In this document: piece by piece, positions 1-10,489 of the stretch
Numbering within the stretch: position 1 is the stretch's first letter
Layout: the number at the start of each line of letters is the position of its first letter
Source: Deltaproteobacteria bacterium
GTDB lineage: Bacteria; Desulfobacterota; Binatia; Binatales; Binataceae
Assembly: GCA_021799495.1 (NCBI GenBank)
Contig: JAJZAI010000011.1
Location: forward strand, 10,127 to 74,126
Length of the DNA: 64,000 nucleotides
Reading direction: 5' to 3'
Position numbers and translations under genes: made by a program
Notes under the pieces: model-generated
Told to the model about the DNA's origin: nothing
The model's database searches: none
The model's input: only the letters and a program-made list of their open reading frames with translations

Positions 1-12
1 CGGGAGGAAGCG

Positions 13-1536
13 ATGGAGGAACAACCAATGTTCACGCCCAACGAGCGCGAATTCGAGGCTCTGGCGGCCGGAGATTTCGATCTCGTGCCGGTGTGCCGCG
101 AAATTCCCGCCGACATGGAGACGCCAGTTTCCGCGTTCCTGAAGTTAAGCCGCGGCGACTATTCATTTCTGCTGGAAAGCGTTCGCGGCGGCGAGAAGTG
201 GGGCCGCTATACGTTCCTCGGCACGGAACCTTCGTGCGTGATCCGCGCGCGCGGCGAACGTTTTGACATCTTGCGTCCGGGGCGCGAAATCGAGTCGCGC
301 CACGTCGCCAACCCGTTCGAGGCGTTGCGGGCCGAAGTCCAACGCCGCCGCGCGCCTGAGGTGCCCGGCCTGCCGCGCTTTTTCGGCGGTGCGGTCGGCT
401 TCCTCGCTTACGACGTCGTGCGTTGCTTCGAACCGCGCGTGCCGGCGCGCGCCCACGACGATCTCGGCGTTCCCGATCTTTACCTGATGTTCACCGATAC
501 GGTGCTGGTCTTCGACAACGTGCGCCAGTCGCTCAAGATAATCGCGACCGTCGCGCCGCGCGACTATCCCTCGGCGCGGCAGGCGTATCAGGCGGCGCAG
601 GCGCGTATCGAGGAGATGGCGGCGCGGCTCGCGGCGCTGGCGATCGCGCCCGCGCTCGAGGGTTTCGCCGCGTCGAACGCCGATATACGAATCGAATCCA
701 ACCAGACCCGCGAAGGGTACATGGCGATGGTCGAGGCGGCGAAGGAGTATATCCGCGCCGGCGACATTATCCAGGTGGTGCCGTCCCAGCGCTTCGAGGC
801 GCCCCTGACGAGCCATCCGTTCAACCTCTATCGCAGCCTGCGCACGATAAATCCGTCGCCGTATATGTTCTATCTCCGTCTGGGCGATCTCACGCTGGTC
901 GGCGCCTCGCCCGAAACGATGGTCCGCGTGGAGGGGCGCGAGATCACGCTTCGGCCGATCGCCGGCACGCGCCGGCGCGGCGCCAACGAGGCCGAAGACC
1001 TCGCGCTCGAGCGCGAACTGCTCGCCGATCCCAAGGAGCTGGCCGAGCATGTGATGCTGGTGGACCTGGGACGCAACGACGTCGGCCGCGTCGCCAAAAC
1101 CGGATCGGTAAAAGTCACCGAACTGATGTCCGTCGAACGTTATTCGCACGTGATGCACATCGTCTCGAACGTGGTCGGCGAGTTGCACGAAGGGTTCGAC
1201 GCTTTCGACGCGTTCCGCGCGACCTTTCCGCAGGGCACGGTTTCCGGCGCGCCGAAAATCCGCGCGATGGAGATAATCGACGGGCTCGAGCCGGTCCGCC
1301 GCGGCGTTTACGCCGGCGCGGTCGGCTATTTCAGCTACACCGGCAACACCGATACGGCGATCGCGCTGCGCACGCTGCTGATCAAAAACGATCGCGTCTA
1401 TATCCAGGCGGGCGGCGGCGTCGTCGCTGATTCCGATCCGGCGGCCGAATACGAGGAATCGGTCAACAAGGCGCGCGCGATGATCCGCGCGCTCGGCGCG
1501 GCGCGCGAATTCGAGCGCGCGGCGGCGCGGAGGTAG
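13..1536 (+). CDS. trpE: anthranilate synthase component I
   Basis: 507-aa ORF with chorismate-utilising enzyme signatures (LVDLGRNDVGRV, GTVSGAPKIRAME, GGGVVADSDP). Heads a contiguous trpEGDCFBA block. Confidence 0.95.
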   Translation: MEEQPMFTPNEREFEALAAGDFDLVPVCREIPADMETPVSAFLKLSRGDYSFLLESVRGGEKWGRYTFLGTEPSCVIRARGERFDILRPGREIESRHVANPFEALRAEVQRRRAPEVPGLPRFFGGAVGFLAYDVVRCFEPRVPARAHDDLGVPDLYLMFTDTVLVFDNVRQSLKIIATVAPRDYPSARQAYQAAQARIEEMAARLAALAIAPALEGFAASNADIRIESNQTREGYMAMVEAAKEYIRAGDIIQVVPSQRFEAPLTSHPFNLYRSLRTINPSPYMFYLRLGDLTLVGASPETMVRVEGREITLRPIAGTRRRGANEAEDLALERELLADPKELAEHVMLVDLGRNDVGRVAKTGSVKVTELMSVERYSHVMHIVSNVVGELHEGFDAFDAFRATFPQGTVSGAPKIRAMEIIDGLEPVRRGVYAGAVGYFSYTGNTDTAIALRTLLIKNDRVYIQAGGGVVADSDPAAEYEESVNKARAMIRALGAAREFERAAARR

Positions 1537-1542
1537 TCCGCG

Positions 1543-2118
1543 ATGAAACTCCTGATGATCGACAACTACGACTCCTTCACCTACAACCTCGTGCAGTATC
1601 TCGGCGAGCTCGGCGCCGAGGTTGACGTGCGCCGCAACGACGCGATCGGCGTCGCCGGCGCCCGCGCGCTCAGGCCCGACGCGATCGTGATTTCGCCCGG
1701 TCCCTGCACGCCCGCAGAGGCCGGCGTTTCGGTGGCGATTTTGCGCGAACTGTCGGGCGAATTTCCGATGCTCGGCGTCTGCCTGGGCCATCAATGCATG
1801 GGCGAGGCCTTCGGCGCGAAAGTCGTGCGCGCGGGGCACCTGATGCACGGCAAGACCTCGCCGATTCTGCACGACGGCAAGACCATCTTCGCCGGCCTGC
1901 CGAATCCGTTCGAGGCGATGCGCTATCATTCGTTGCTGGTCGCGCCCGAATCCGTGCCCGGATGCCTGGAAGTGAGCGCGCGCACGGCGGAGGGCGAAAT
2001 TATGGGCTTGCGGCATCGCGAGCGCCGCATCGAGGGCGTGCAGTTCCATCCGGAATCGATCGGCACGCGCGAGGGCAAGGATCTTTTGCGCAACTTTCTC
2101 GCTGGAGTCGCGGGATGA
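1543..2118 (+). CDS. trpG: anthranilate synthase component II (glutamine amidotransferase)
   Basis: 191 aa. Class-I GATase motifs GVCLGHQ (nucleophile Cys) and FHPES (His). Starts 6 nt after the trpE stop. Confidence 0.93.
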   Translation: MKLLMIDNYDSFTYNLVQYLGELGAEVDVRRNDAIGVAGARALRPDAIVISPGPCTPAEAGVSVAILRELSGEFPMLGVCLGHQCMGEAFGAKVVRAGHLMHGKTSPILHDGKTIFAGLPNPFEAMRYHSLLVAPESVPGCLEVSARTAEGEIMGLRHRERRIEGVQFHPESIGTREGKDLLRNFLAGVAG

Positions 2119-3143
2119 GCAATCTGCGCGACGCTTTCGAGCAGGCGCTGCGCGGCCGCTCGCTTGACGCGGCGGCGGCGGAAAGCGCGCTCGGCGAGGT
2201 TCTGGACGACGTGTCGCCCGACGTGCTGGTCGCCGGGTTTCTGATCGCGCTCAAGATGAAAGGCGAGACCGCCGCGGAACTGGCCGGCGGAGCAAGGGCG
2301 CTGCTCAAGCGCGCCCGTCCGCTCGATCTCGGCGCCGACCTGCTCGACACGGCGGGCACCGGCGGCGACGGCGCCGGCACCTACAATATTTCCACTGCGG
2401 CGGCGCTGGTGGCCGCCGCGGCCGGCGTGCGGGTCGCCAAGCACGGCAATCGCGCGGTGAGCGGCAGGGTCGGCGCCGCCGACGCGCTCGAACGGTTTGG
2501 CGTCCGGATCGATCTCGATCCGGCCGGGCTGGCGCGATGCGTCGCGCGCGCGGGATGCTGTTTCGTGTTCGCGCCCGCGTACCATCCGGCGCTCGCGCGG
2601 CTGGCCGTTTTGCGCCGCACGCTCGCGGTCCGGACCGTTTTCAATCTGATCGCGCCGCTGGCGAATCCCGCCCGGCCGCGCCGCCAGTTGCTCGGCGTCT
2701 CCGAGGCGCGGCTGCTGCGCCCGATGGCCGAGGCGCTCGCCGCGCTGGGAGCGGAGCACGCGATGGTGGTCCACGGCGGCGACGGGCTGGACGAAATTTC
2801 GCTCGGCACGCCGACCCGCGTGGTCGAGGCGCGGCGCGGCGATCTGCGCGAGTACGAAATCGCGCCGGATTCGTTCGGCCTGAAAGCGGCGAGCGCGGCC
2901 GATTTCCTGACCGCCGATTCCGCCGAAGCGGCGGCGGTGCTTGTGCGGACGCTTGCGGGCGAGCCGGGCGCGGCGCAGGATGTTTTGGCGCTCAATGCCG
3001 GAGCCGCGATTTACGTCGGCGGCGGCGCGGCGACGCTGGCGCAAGGGGTCGCGGCGGCCCGGGAAATTATCGTCTCCGGCCGCGCGCTCGCGACGCTCGA
3101 AAAGCTGCGCGACGCCAGCCTCGCCGGGGCCGCGGGCGCCTGA
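2115..3143 (+). CDS. trpD: anthranilate phosphoribosyltransferase
   Basis: In-frame ATG at 2115 overlaps the trpG stop (ATGA). Motifs [17 protein letters not shown] and KHGNRAVSG. The track ORF extension back to 1794 overlaps trpG and was not used. Confidence 0.93.
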   Translation: MSNLRDAFEQALRGRSLDAAAAESALGEVLDDVSPDVLVAGFLIALKMKGETAAELAGGARALLKRARPLDLGADLLDTAGTGGDGAGTYNISTAAALVAAAAGVRVAKHGNRAVSGRVGAADALERFGVRIDLDPAGLARCVARAGCCFVFAPAYHPALARLAVLRRTLAVRTVFNLIAPLANPARPRRQLLGVSEARLLRPMAEALAALGAEHAMVVHGGDGLDEISLGTPTRVVEARRGDLREYEIAPDSFGLKAASAADFLTADSAEAAAVLVRTLAGEPGAAQDVLALNAGAAIYVGGGAATLAQGVAAAREIIVSGRALATLEKLRDASLAGAAGA

Positions 3144-3158
3144 ACGTGGAGTGAACTG

Positions 3159-3965
3159 ATGCCATCGATTCTCGACCGGATTTTCGACGCCAAACGCGCC
3201 GAGGTCGCCGAACGCCGCGCGCGGACCCCGCTCGATGAGATGGTGGCCGAAGCCCGCGGCGCCGCCGCGCCGCGCGATTTCATCGGCTCGCTGCGATCGC
3301 GCGCGCCCGCGATTATCGCCGAGGTCAAACGGGCCTCGCCCAGCAAGGGCGATATTTTCCCCGGCCTCGATCCCGCCGCCGTCGCGCGCGATTACGCCGC
3401 CGCCGGCGCCGCCGCGATTTCGGTGCTTACCGATCGGCATTTCAAAGGCTCGCTCGAAGACCTGCGCGCCGTGCGCGCCGCCGCCGCGCTGCCGATCCTG
3501 CGCAAGGATTTTATTTTCGACGCGTGGCAGATCTACGAGGCGCGCGCCGCCGGAGCCGATTGCATATTGATGATCGCCGCGATGCTGGAGGCCGCGCAAC
3601 TGCGCTCGCTGGCGGCCCTGGCGCGCGACCTCGGAATGGCCGTGCTGGTCGAGGCCCATGACCGACGCGAATTCGAGATGGCGAACGCCGCGGGCGCGGC
3701 GCTGATCGGAATCAACAACCGCGATCTCCATACGTTCAGGACCGACCTTGCGACGACCGAAACCCTGCTCGCCGATTATCGCGGCGCCGCGCTGATCGTC
3801 GCGGAGAGCGGAATCGAAACGCCGGCCGATTTGCGCCGGCTTTACGCCGCCGGATCGCGCGCTTTTCTGATTGGCGAAGGCCTGCTCCGCGCGGGCGCGC
3901 CGCGCGCCGCGCTCGCCGCGTTGATCGGCGGATTCGGCGCGGCGGCGGAGGCTCCGGCGCGATGA
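3159..3965 (+). CDS. trpC: indole-3-glycerol-phosphate synthase
   Basis: 268 aa with IIAEVKRASPSKG and GINNRDL motifs. Position in the trp operon fits. Confidence 0.93.
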   Translation: MPSILDRIFDAKRAEVAERRARTPLDEMVAEARGAAAPRDFIGSLRSRAPAIIAEVKRASPSKGDIFPGLDPAAVARDYAAAGAAAISVLTDRHFKGSLEDLRAVRAAAALPILRKDFIFDAWQIYEARAAGADCILMIAAMLEAAQLRSLAALARDLGMAVLVEAHDRREFEMANAAGAALIGINNRDLHTFRTDLATTETLLADYRGAALIVAESGIETPADLRRLYAAGSRAFLIGEGLLRAGAPRAALAALIGGFGAAAEAPAR

Positions 3966-4573
3966 GCGTGCGGGTCAAAATCTGCGGCGTGACGCGAGTT
4001 GAAGACGCGCTCGCCGCGATCGCTTGCGGCGCCGAAATTATCGGCTTGAACTTCTATCCGCCGAGCCCGCGTTTTCTGGGCCGCGATCGCGCCGCGGAAA
4101 TTCGCCGCGCGATCGGCGGGCGCGCGCTCGTGGCGGGCGTCTTCGTCAATTCGGCTCGCGGCTTCGTCGCAGAATGCGTCTCCGAGCTCGCGCTCGATTT
4201 TATCCAGTTCCACGGCGACGAGGACGACGCGATGCTCGCGGGCTGGCCCGTGCCGACGATTCGCGCGCTGCGGCTCAAATCCGATCAGGCGCTCGCCGAA
4301 TTGCCGGCGCCGCGCGCCGGCTATCTGTTGCTGGACACGTTTCATCCGGGGCTTTACGGCGGCAGCGGACAGCCGCGCGCGCTCGACGGCCTTCAACGCT
4401 TCGATCTTTCCCGCGTCATTCTGTCGGGCGGACTCGATCCCGCCAATGTCGCCGCCGCCGCCGCGCTCGGACCGTACGCGGTCGATGTCGCCAGCGGCGT
4501 CGAATCGGCGCCCGGAATCAAAGACCCGTCCCGGCTGAGGAGTTTTATTTCGAATGCAAAATCTGCCCGATAA
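3962..4573 (+). CDS. trpF: phosphoribosylanthranilate isomerase
   Basis: 203 aa with a VKICGVT N-terminus typical of PRAI. ATGA overlap with the trpC stop. Confidence 0.9.
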   Translation: MSVRVKICGVTRVEDALAAIACGAEIIGLNFYPPSPRFLGRDRAAEIRRAIGGRALVAGVFVNSARGFVAECVSELALDFIQFHGDEDDAMLAGWPVPTIRALRLKSDQALAELPAPRAGYLLLDTFHPGLYGGSGQPRALDGLQRFDLSRVILSGGLDPANVAAAAALGPYAVDVASGVESAPGIKDPSRLRSFISNAKSAR

Positions 4574-5747
4574 AGGCGGCCGTTTCGGCCAGTTCGGCGG
4601 ACGCTACGTCGCCGAAACGCTGATGCCGGCGCTGCTGGAGCTGGAAACCGCTTACAAGCAGGCGCGCCGCGATCCGAAATTCCGCGCCGATCTCAAACGC
4701 TACTCGGCCGAGTATGTCGGCCGGCCGACGCCGCTGTTTTTCTGCGCCAACCTGACCGCGAAGCTTGGCGGCGCGAAAATCTATCTGAAGCGCGAGGATC
4801 TTTGTCATACCGGCGCGCACAAGGTTAACAACACGCTCGGGCAGGCGTTGCTGGCGGTCCGGATGGGCAAGCATCGGATAACCGCCGAGACCGGAGCCGG
4901 TCAGCACGGCGTCGCCACCGCGACGATGGCGGCCCTGTTTCGCCGCCAGTGCGAAGTCTTCATGGGCAGCGTGGACGTGGAGCGGCAGGCGCTCAACGTC
5001 TTCCGCATGAAGCTGCTCGGCGCCGCCGTCACTTCCGTCGATAGCGGCAGCAAGAGCCTGAAAGACGCGCTGAACGAGGCGCTTCGCGACTGGATCGCGA
5101 CCGTGCGCGACACCTACTACCTGATCGGCACGGCGGCCGGACCGCATCCGTACCCGATGATCGTCCGCGATTTCCAGTCGGTAATCGGCCGCGAAACCCG
5201 CCGCCAAATCATGGCGCGGGAAAACCGCCTGCCCGATCTGATTGTCGCCTGCGTCAACGGCGGCTCGAACGCGATCGGCATTTTCCATCCGTTTATCGGC
5301 GACCGGGACGTGCGGCTGATCGGCGTCGAAGCCGCCGGGCTTGGGCTCGGCGGTCCGATGCACGCGGCGACGATTACCGCGGGCAGCGTCGGCGTGCTGC
5401 ACGGCAATCGCACCTTTCTGCTGCAGGACGAGATGGGGCAGATTCGCGAGACCCATTCGATCGCCGCCGGCCTCGACTATCCCGGCGTCGGACCCGAACT
5501 CGCCTGGCTCAGGGAAACGGGCCGCGCCGAATATGCGACCGTGACCGACGCCGAGGCGCTGGACGCGCTCAAGACGCTCTCCGAGACCGAGGGCATCATC
5601 CCGGCGCTCGAAAGCTCGCACGCGGTCGCCCACGCGCTCAAGCTGGCGCCGATGCTGCCGCGCGAACAAATCATGATCGTTAATCTTTCCGGCCGCGGCG
5701 ACAAGGATATGCAGACCGTCGCCCGCGCTTTCGGCGTCACGCTCTGA
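4554..5747 (+). CDS. trpB: tryptophan synthase beta chain
   Basis: 397 aa with the PLP-lysine motif HTGAHKVNN and GGSNAIG. 20-nt overlap with the trpF end. Confidence 0.96.
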   Translation: MQNLPDKGGRFGQFGGRYVAETLMPALLELETAYKQARRDPKFRADLKRYSAEYVGRPTPLFFCANLTAKLGGAKIYLKREDLCHTGAHKVNNTLGQALLAVRMGKHRITAETGAGQHGVATATMAALFRRQCEVFMGSVDVERQALNVFRMKLLGAAVTSVDSGSKSLKDALNEALRDWIATVRDTYYLIGTAAGPHPYPMIVRDFQSVIGRETRRQIMARENRLPDLIVACVNGGSNAIGIFHPFIGDRDVRLIGVEAAGLGLGGPMHAATITAGSVGVLHGNRTFLLQDEMGQIRETHSIAAGLDYPGVGPELAWLRETGRAEYATVTDAEALDALKTLSETEGIIPALESSHAVAHALKLAPMLPREQIMIVNLSGRGDKDMQTVARAFGVTL

Positions 5748-5755
5748 CTATTTTA

Positions 5756-6607
5756 ATGGATACTCAGAATAATACCCATCCGGGACGAATCGCGGCGCGT
5801 TTCGCCGAATTGTCAGCGCGCAACGAGGCGGCGCTGATTCCGTATATCGTCGCCGGCGACCCGAGCCTCAAACGCACGCGCGAACTGGCGCTCGAGCTTG
5901 AAGCGCGCGGCGCCGACCTGATCGAGCTCGGCGTGCCGTTTTCCGATCCGATGGCCGACGGTCCCGCGAACCAGCGCGCCTCGGCGCGCGGACTGGCCGC
6001 GGGCGCCACGCTGCCGGCGATCCTCGCGATGGTCGCGGAACTGCGCAAGGTCTCCCGGATTCCGCTGATTCTCTTCGGCTATTTCAATCCGATTCTGCAT
6101 TACGGATGCGAGCGGTTGTGCGCCGACGCGGCGCGCGCCGGAATCGACGGCTTGCTGGTGGTCGATTTGCCGCCCGAGGAAGCGGCGGAACTGGCCGAAC
6201 CGGCGGCTCGCCACGGTCTCGACATAATCTATCTGCTCGCGCCGACCACGCCGCTGGAGCGGGCGCGCCGCATCGCGCGCTCGGCGAGCGGTTTCCTCTA
6301 TTACGTCTCGGTCACCGGCGTGACCGGGGCGCGCGCGAATCTGGCCGCCGATTTGGCCGGCAAGGTCGGGCAGTTGCGCACCGTCGCCAATCTGCCGATC
6401 GGCGTCGGCTTCGGCATCTCGACTCCGGCGCAGGCGGGCGCGGTCGCGGCCTTTGCGGACGCGGTGGTGGTCGGCAGCGCGCTTTCGCTGCTGATCGAGG
6501 CCAACGCCGACCAGGAGGATTTGGTCGCGACGGCGGGCGATTTCGTGGCGACGCTCAAGGACGCGATTCGTGCGGCGCGCATCCCGGCGCCGGGCGCCGT
6601 CGCCTGA
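5756..6607 (+). CDS. trpA: tryptophan synthase alpha chain
   Basis: 283 aa with the ELGVPFSDPMADGP active-site loop. Confidence 0.95.
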   Translation: MDTQNNTHPGRIAARFAELSARNEAALIPYIVAGDPSLKRTRELALELEARGADLIELGVPFSDPMADGPANQRASARGLAAGATLPAILAMVAELRKVSRIPLILFGYFNPILHYGCERLCADAARAGIDGLLVVDLPPEEAAELAEPAARHGLDIIYLLAPTTPLERARRIARSASGFLYYVSVTGVTGARANLAADLAGKVGQLRTVANLPIGVGFGISTPAQAGAVAAFADAVVVGSALSLLIEANADQEDLVATAGDFVATLKDAIRAARIPAPGAVA

Positions 6608-6625
6608 ACGGAGAAAGGAAATACG

Positions 6626-7498
6626 ATGGCCGAAGCGCGTGCGCAAAATGGTCCGGCCGCGGCCGCCGCCGAGGAGATCTGGATCAAGTGTCCGGGATGC
6701 CGCGAAATCGCCTTTCGCAAGGAGATCGAGCGCAATCTCAACGTCTGCCCCAAATGCGGCTTTCATCATCGGCTGACCGTCGAGCAGCGGCTCGCGATCA
6801 CGGTCGATCGCGGTTCGTGGCGAGAAATGTTCGCCGAAGTGGCGATTGGCGATCCGCTCGGCTTCGTCGATACGCGCCCGTATCCGCAGCGGATGGAGCA
6901 GGCGCGCCGCGCCTCGGGCCGCAATGACGCCGTGCTCGCCGGGCTCGCGAAGATCGAGGGCCATCGGGCGGCGCTCGCCCTGATGGACTTCCAGTTCATG
7001 GGCGGCAGCATGGGCGTGGTGGTGGGCGAGAAAATCGCGCGCCTGATGGATTACGCGCTGGCGCGCCGGATTCCGGTGATTGTTTTCGCCGCCTCGGGCG
7101 GAGCGCGGATGCAGGAAGGCGCGCTGTCGCTGATGCAGATGGCGAAGGTCGCCTCGGCGATCGCACGGCTGCGCGAGGCGCGCGTGCCATATATCTCGAT
7201 TCTTGGCGATCCGACCACGGGCGGCGTCGCGGCGTCGTTCGCCAGCCTCGGCGATCTCAATCTGGCCGAACCTGGCGCGACGATCGGATTCGCTGGGCGG
7301 CGCGTGATCGAACAAACGACGAATCAACAGCTTCCCGACGACTTTCAGACCGCGGAGTTCCTGATGGCGCACGGGATGTTGGACGCGATCGTGCCGCGGC
7401 ATAAGTTGCGCTACACGCTGGGACGCCTGTTGACGGCGTTGCGGCCGCCGCGGCTGTCGCCGGCCATATCGGGACGCTCCCGGCGCGCAAAAACGTAA
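6626..7498 (+). CDS. accD: acetyl-CoA carboxylase carboxyltransferase beta subunit
   Basis: 290 aa. N-terminal Zn ribbon CPGC...CPKC followed by the carboxyltransferase core. Classic trpBA-accD-folC order. Confidence 0.95.
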   Translation: MAEARAQNGPAAAAAEEIWIKCPGCREIAFRKEIERNLNVCPKCGFHHRLTVEQRLAITVDRGSWREMFAEVAIGDPLGFVDTRPYPQRMEQARRASGRNDAVLAGLAKIEGHRAALALMDFQFMGGSMGVVVGEKIARLMDYALARRIPVIVFAASGGARMQEGALSLMQMAKVASAIARLREARVPYISILGDPTTGGVAASFASLGDLNLAEPGATIGFAGRRVIEQTTNQQLPDDFQTAEFLMAHGMLDAIVPRHKLRYTLGRLLTALRPPRLSPAISGRSRRAKT

Positions 7499-7552
7499 TC
7501 TCACCGCAAATTCGGTCTGGAGCGCTTCCACCGGCGCGGTTCGTAGTCTAAG

Positions 7553-8875
7553 ATGCGCAAAGAGATGGAACGGCTCGCTGAAACGCTCAATTGGCTCTAT
7601 TCGCTCGAAGCGCGCGGCGAGATTTACAAACTCGAGCGGATGGATCGGGCGTTGGCGCTGATCGGCGATCCGCATCGCCGTCTGAAAGCCGTCCATATCG
7701 CCGGCACCAAGGGCAAAGGCTCGGTCGCCGCGATGCTTGACGCGGTGCTGCGCGCGGCCGGCTACCGCGTCGGACTTTATACGAAGCCGCATCTGGTGAA
7801 TCTGACCGAGCGCACGCGCATCGGCGGCGGTGAAATTCCCGCCGCGCTGATGCTCGAGTATATCGTGCGGCTGCGCGGGATTTACGAACGCGCCGATCTC
7901 GCGCTGACCTTCTTCGAGTTCACCGTCGCGCTGATGTTTCTTTATTTCGCCGAGGCCGGGGTGGAGCTCGCGGTGATCGAAACCGGACTCGGCGGCCGGC
8001 TCGATTCGACCAACGTGGTGCGGCCGTTGCTCAGCGTGATTACGCCGATCGGCTTCGATCACATGGATCGGCTGGGTTATACGCTGACCGCGATCGCGGG
8101 GGAAAAGGGCGGAATAATCAAGGAGGGCGTGCCGGTGGTGATCGGCGCGCGCGATCCCGAAGCGCGGCTTACGCTCACTTCGATCGCCGCGCAACGCCAT
8201 AGCGCCGCCTTTCTGATCGATCGCGAATTCAGCTATCGCTCGCACGCGCCGGAACATCGCATCGATTACGCGGGCCTGGGTTTGAAGCTGAGCGATGTCG
8301 AACTTGCGCTGGCCGGGCCGTTTCAGCATGAGAACGCCGCGATCGCGCTGGCCGCGCTCGATGCGATGCGGGCCGAAGGATGGCGCATCGGCGAGGCGGC
8401 GATTCGCCGCGGCCTCATCGAGACGGTCTGGCCCGGCCGCTTCGACGTGGTTGCGCGCGCGCCGGCCGTGATTCTGGATTGCGCCCATAACGAACTCGCG
8501 GTCGAGGCGCTGCTGGAAACGCTGACGGCCGAATTGGGGCCTGACGTGCGGCCGCGCCTCGTTTTTGGCTGTCTGGAAGACAAACGCTGGCGGGAAATGG
8601 CCGCGATGCTCGGGCCGCGCGTGCGTGACGTGACGACCACCAGCGCCGCGCCGAAGCGGCCCGTCGCTCCGGAACTGCTCCGATCCGAATTCGGGAAATA
8701 CGTTCCGGCACAGGCGATTCCCAATCCGCTTGAGGCGATCGCCGCGGTCGTCGCCGGGAGCGGGCCGGACGACGTGGTGTTGGTGACGGGTTCGGTGTAC
8801 CTGGTCGGGGAAATCTATCCATGGTTTCTGGCGCGTGACGGGCGGCGGCGGCTCTTTCCCGAGGCGGCGGTTTAG
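7553..8875 (+). CDS. folC: bifunctional folylpolyglutamate synthase / dihydrofolate synthase
   Basis: 440 aa with the Mur-ligase P-loop HIAGTKGKGS. Follows accD. Confidence 0.9.
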   Translation: MRKEMERLAETLNWLYSLEARGEIYKLERMDRALALIGDPHRRLKAVHIAGTKGKGSVAAMLDAVLRAAGYRVGLYTKPHLVNLTERTRIGGGEIPAALMLEYIVRLRGIYERADLALTFFEFTVALMFLYFAEAGVELAVIETGLGGRLDSTNVVRPLLSVITPIGFDHMDRLGYTLTAIAGEKGGIIKEGVPVVIGARDPEARLTLTSIAAQRHSAAFLIDREFSYRSHAPEHRIDYAGLGLKLSDVELALAGPFQHENAAIALAALDAMRAEGWRIGEAAIRRGLIETVWPGRFDVVARAPAVILDCAHNELAVEALLETLTAELGPDVRPRLVFGCLEDKRWREMAAMLGPRVRDVTTTSAAPKRPVAPELLRSEFGKYVPAQAIPNPLEAIAAVVAGSGPDDVVLVTGSVYLVGEIYPWFLARDGRRRLFPEAAV

Positions 8876-9120
8876 CGCCGTCGCCGCGGTCCTGGCGTTT
8901 CGGCGATCGGACTGATCGCTGACGCGACGTCCGCGCGCGCGCAACCATCCGGAAAGTTCGCGAGCGCCTTCCAGACGACCCATCCGAACTCGCCGATCGA
9001 CATCATCGGCCGCAAATTTATTTACGATTACAAAACCGACACGTTTATCGTCTCGGGCGACGCGGTAATCACCCAAGCCCACACCATTCTCACCGCCGAT
9101 CAGGTCAAACTGCTGCGCCG
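8876..9120 (+). pseudogene. start-less OstA/LptA-like N-terminal domain remnant
   Basis: This frame stays open from the folC TAG (8873-8875) to 9300. It has no ATG/GTG/TTG early enough to give a 60-aa ORF. It reads RRRRGPGVSAIGLIADATSARAQ (signal-peptide-like), then PIDIIGRKFIYDYKTDTFIVSGDAVITQAHTILTADQVKL. That pattern resembles the first beta-strand pairs of OstA_N/LptA domains, and the similarity then decays. Confidence 0.3.
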
Positions 9121-9308
9121 CCGGTCCTGCCGCAGCAACAATCCGTTAATTAACCTTTCGCCGCGCCATACTGCCGGTAACGGGTTAATCGCCACATGGG
9201 CGCTGGCGCGGGGCGACCGCGCTTGCTCCGCGTTCCCGTCCGACGGTATACGATTGAGATCGTATTTGCGGTGCGTTTCGTCCGCCCGTGCTCAAAGGTG
9301 AACTCCCG

Positions 9309-10388
9309 ATGGTTGATACGGTTAACGAAAAGACAGGCCCTTCGGCGACGATCGATGCGGAAGGCTTGCGGCGGTTTCTGCGCGATCGAAAGCTTGGCGA
9401 CGCCGCGGACCTGCGGACCGAAAACATTTCGTTTGGCCATTCCAACGAAGTCCATCTGATTCATTTTGACGGCAAGTCCTGGGCCTTGCGGCGCCCGCCG
9501 CGGGGACCGTTGCTGCCGACGGCTCACGACGTGATGCGTGAGTTCAAGGTATTGAGCGCGCTGCAGGACACGCCCGTGCCGCTTCCGCGCGTTTACGCCG
9601 CCTGCGACGACACGGGTTATATCGGCGCTCCGTTCATCCTGATGGAATACATGCGCGGCCGGGTAATCCGGTCTGGACTGATTCCAAGCGCCGAAAAGAG
9701 CTTCGCGGAGACGCCTGCGCAACGCGCCGCGATCAGCCGCTGTATGGTCGAACTGCTGGTGACGCTGCAGAAGGTCGATTGGCGCGCGGTCGGGCTGGAA
9801 AAATTCGGCCGTCCCGACGGCTATATCGAGCGACAGGTGCGGCGATGGTCGGATCAACTGGAACGGACCGTGCCGCAGACCCGGCCGCTGCCCGTGATGT
9901 GGCAAATCCGCGATTGGCTGCGCGCCCATATGCCGCATCCGCAGCCTGCCACAATCGTCCACGGCGACTTCAAGCTCGACAACGTGATGTGGGACGCGGA
10001 GCGCGGCGAGCCGCGGCCGATCGCGCTATTCGATTGGGAAATGTCCACGCTGGGCGATCCGCTGGCCGACCTTGGCTGGATGGTGACTTATTGGAGCGAC
10101 GCGGCCGACGACGAACGGCGCCGTGCATTTGTTTCGAGCATGGAGATTGGCGACGGGTATTTGAGCCGGCGGGCAATGATCGAATTGTACGAACAACTCT
10201 CCGGGCGTCAGATGCGTGATTTCGCTTTCTATGAGATATTTTCGTTGTTCAAGCTCGCCATTATCGCCGAGGGCAGTTATGCCCGCTACCTCGCGGGTCA
10301 GGCTGACGATCCGATGTTCGCGACTTACAACGAACGCGTTCCCGGAATTGCCGAAGTGGCATGGTCGCTCTGCTCGCACGCCGGATAA
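9309..10388 (+). CDS. phosphotransferase family protein (APH / ACAD10-11-type kinase domain)
   Basis: HGDFKLDNVMW catalytic loop and FDWEMSTLGDPLADL motif. ATG at 9309 is preceded by AAGGTGA; the track start at 9288 is a GTG extension. Confidence 0.85.
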   Translation: MVDTVNEKTGPSATIDAEGLRRFLRDRKLGDAADLRTENISFGHSNEVHLIHFDGKSWALRRPPRGPLLPTAHDVMREFKVLSALQDTPVPLPRVYAACDDTGYIGAPFILMEYMRGRVIRSGLIPSAEKSFAETPAQRAAISRCMVELLVTLQKVDWRAVGLEKFGRPDGYIERQVRRWSDQLERTVPQTRPLPVMWQIRDWLRAHMPHPQPATIVHGDFKLDNVMWDAERGEPRPIALFDWEMSTLGDPLADLGWMVTYWSDAADDERRRAFVSSMEIGDGYLSRRAMIELYEQLSGRQMRDFAFYEIFSLFKLAIIAEGSYARYLAGQADDPMFATYNERVPGIAEVAWSLCSHAG

Positions 10389-10489
10389 ATTTAACCTGGA
10401 AGCGCGCTGCTGGCTTGAGCCTTGCCGATGGGTTTATCATGTCCCCGTCTGGCCAAGGCCGGCCCTGACCGTCCCTGACGCGCCCGCGC

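Noticed and set aside
163-2049. 628-aa minus-strand ORF over trpE/trpG, and many similar 60-400-aa ORFs overlapping annotated genes throughout the track
   Set aside because: They are antisense or out of frame to genes with strong family signatures. Their products are compositionally biased (R/A/G/P-rich). None has a recognisable domain.
5813-9082. 1089-aa minus-strand ORF spanning trpA, accD and folC
   Set aside because: It is antisense to three well-supported genes. Its product is Arg/Gly/Ala/His-rich with no recognisable motif. This is the typical shadow ORF of a high-G+C genome.
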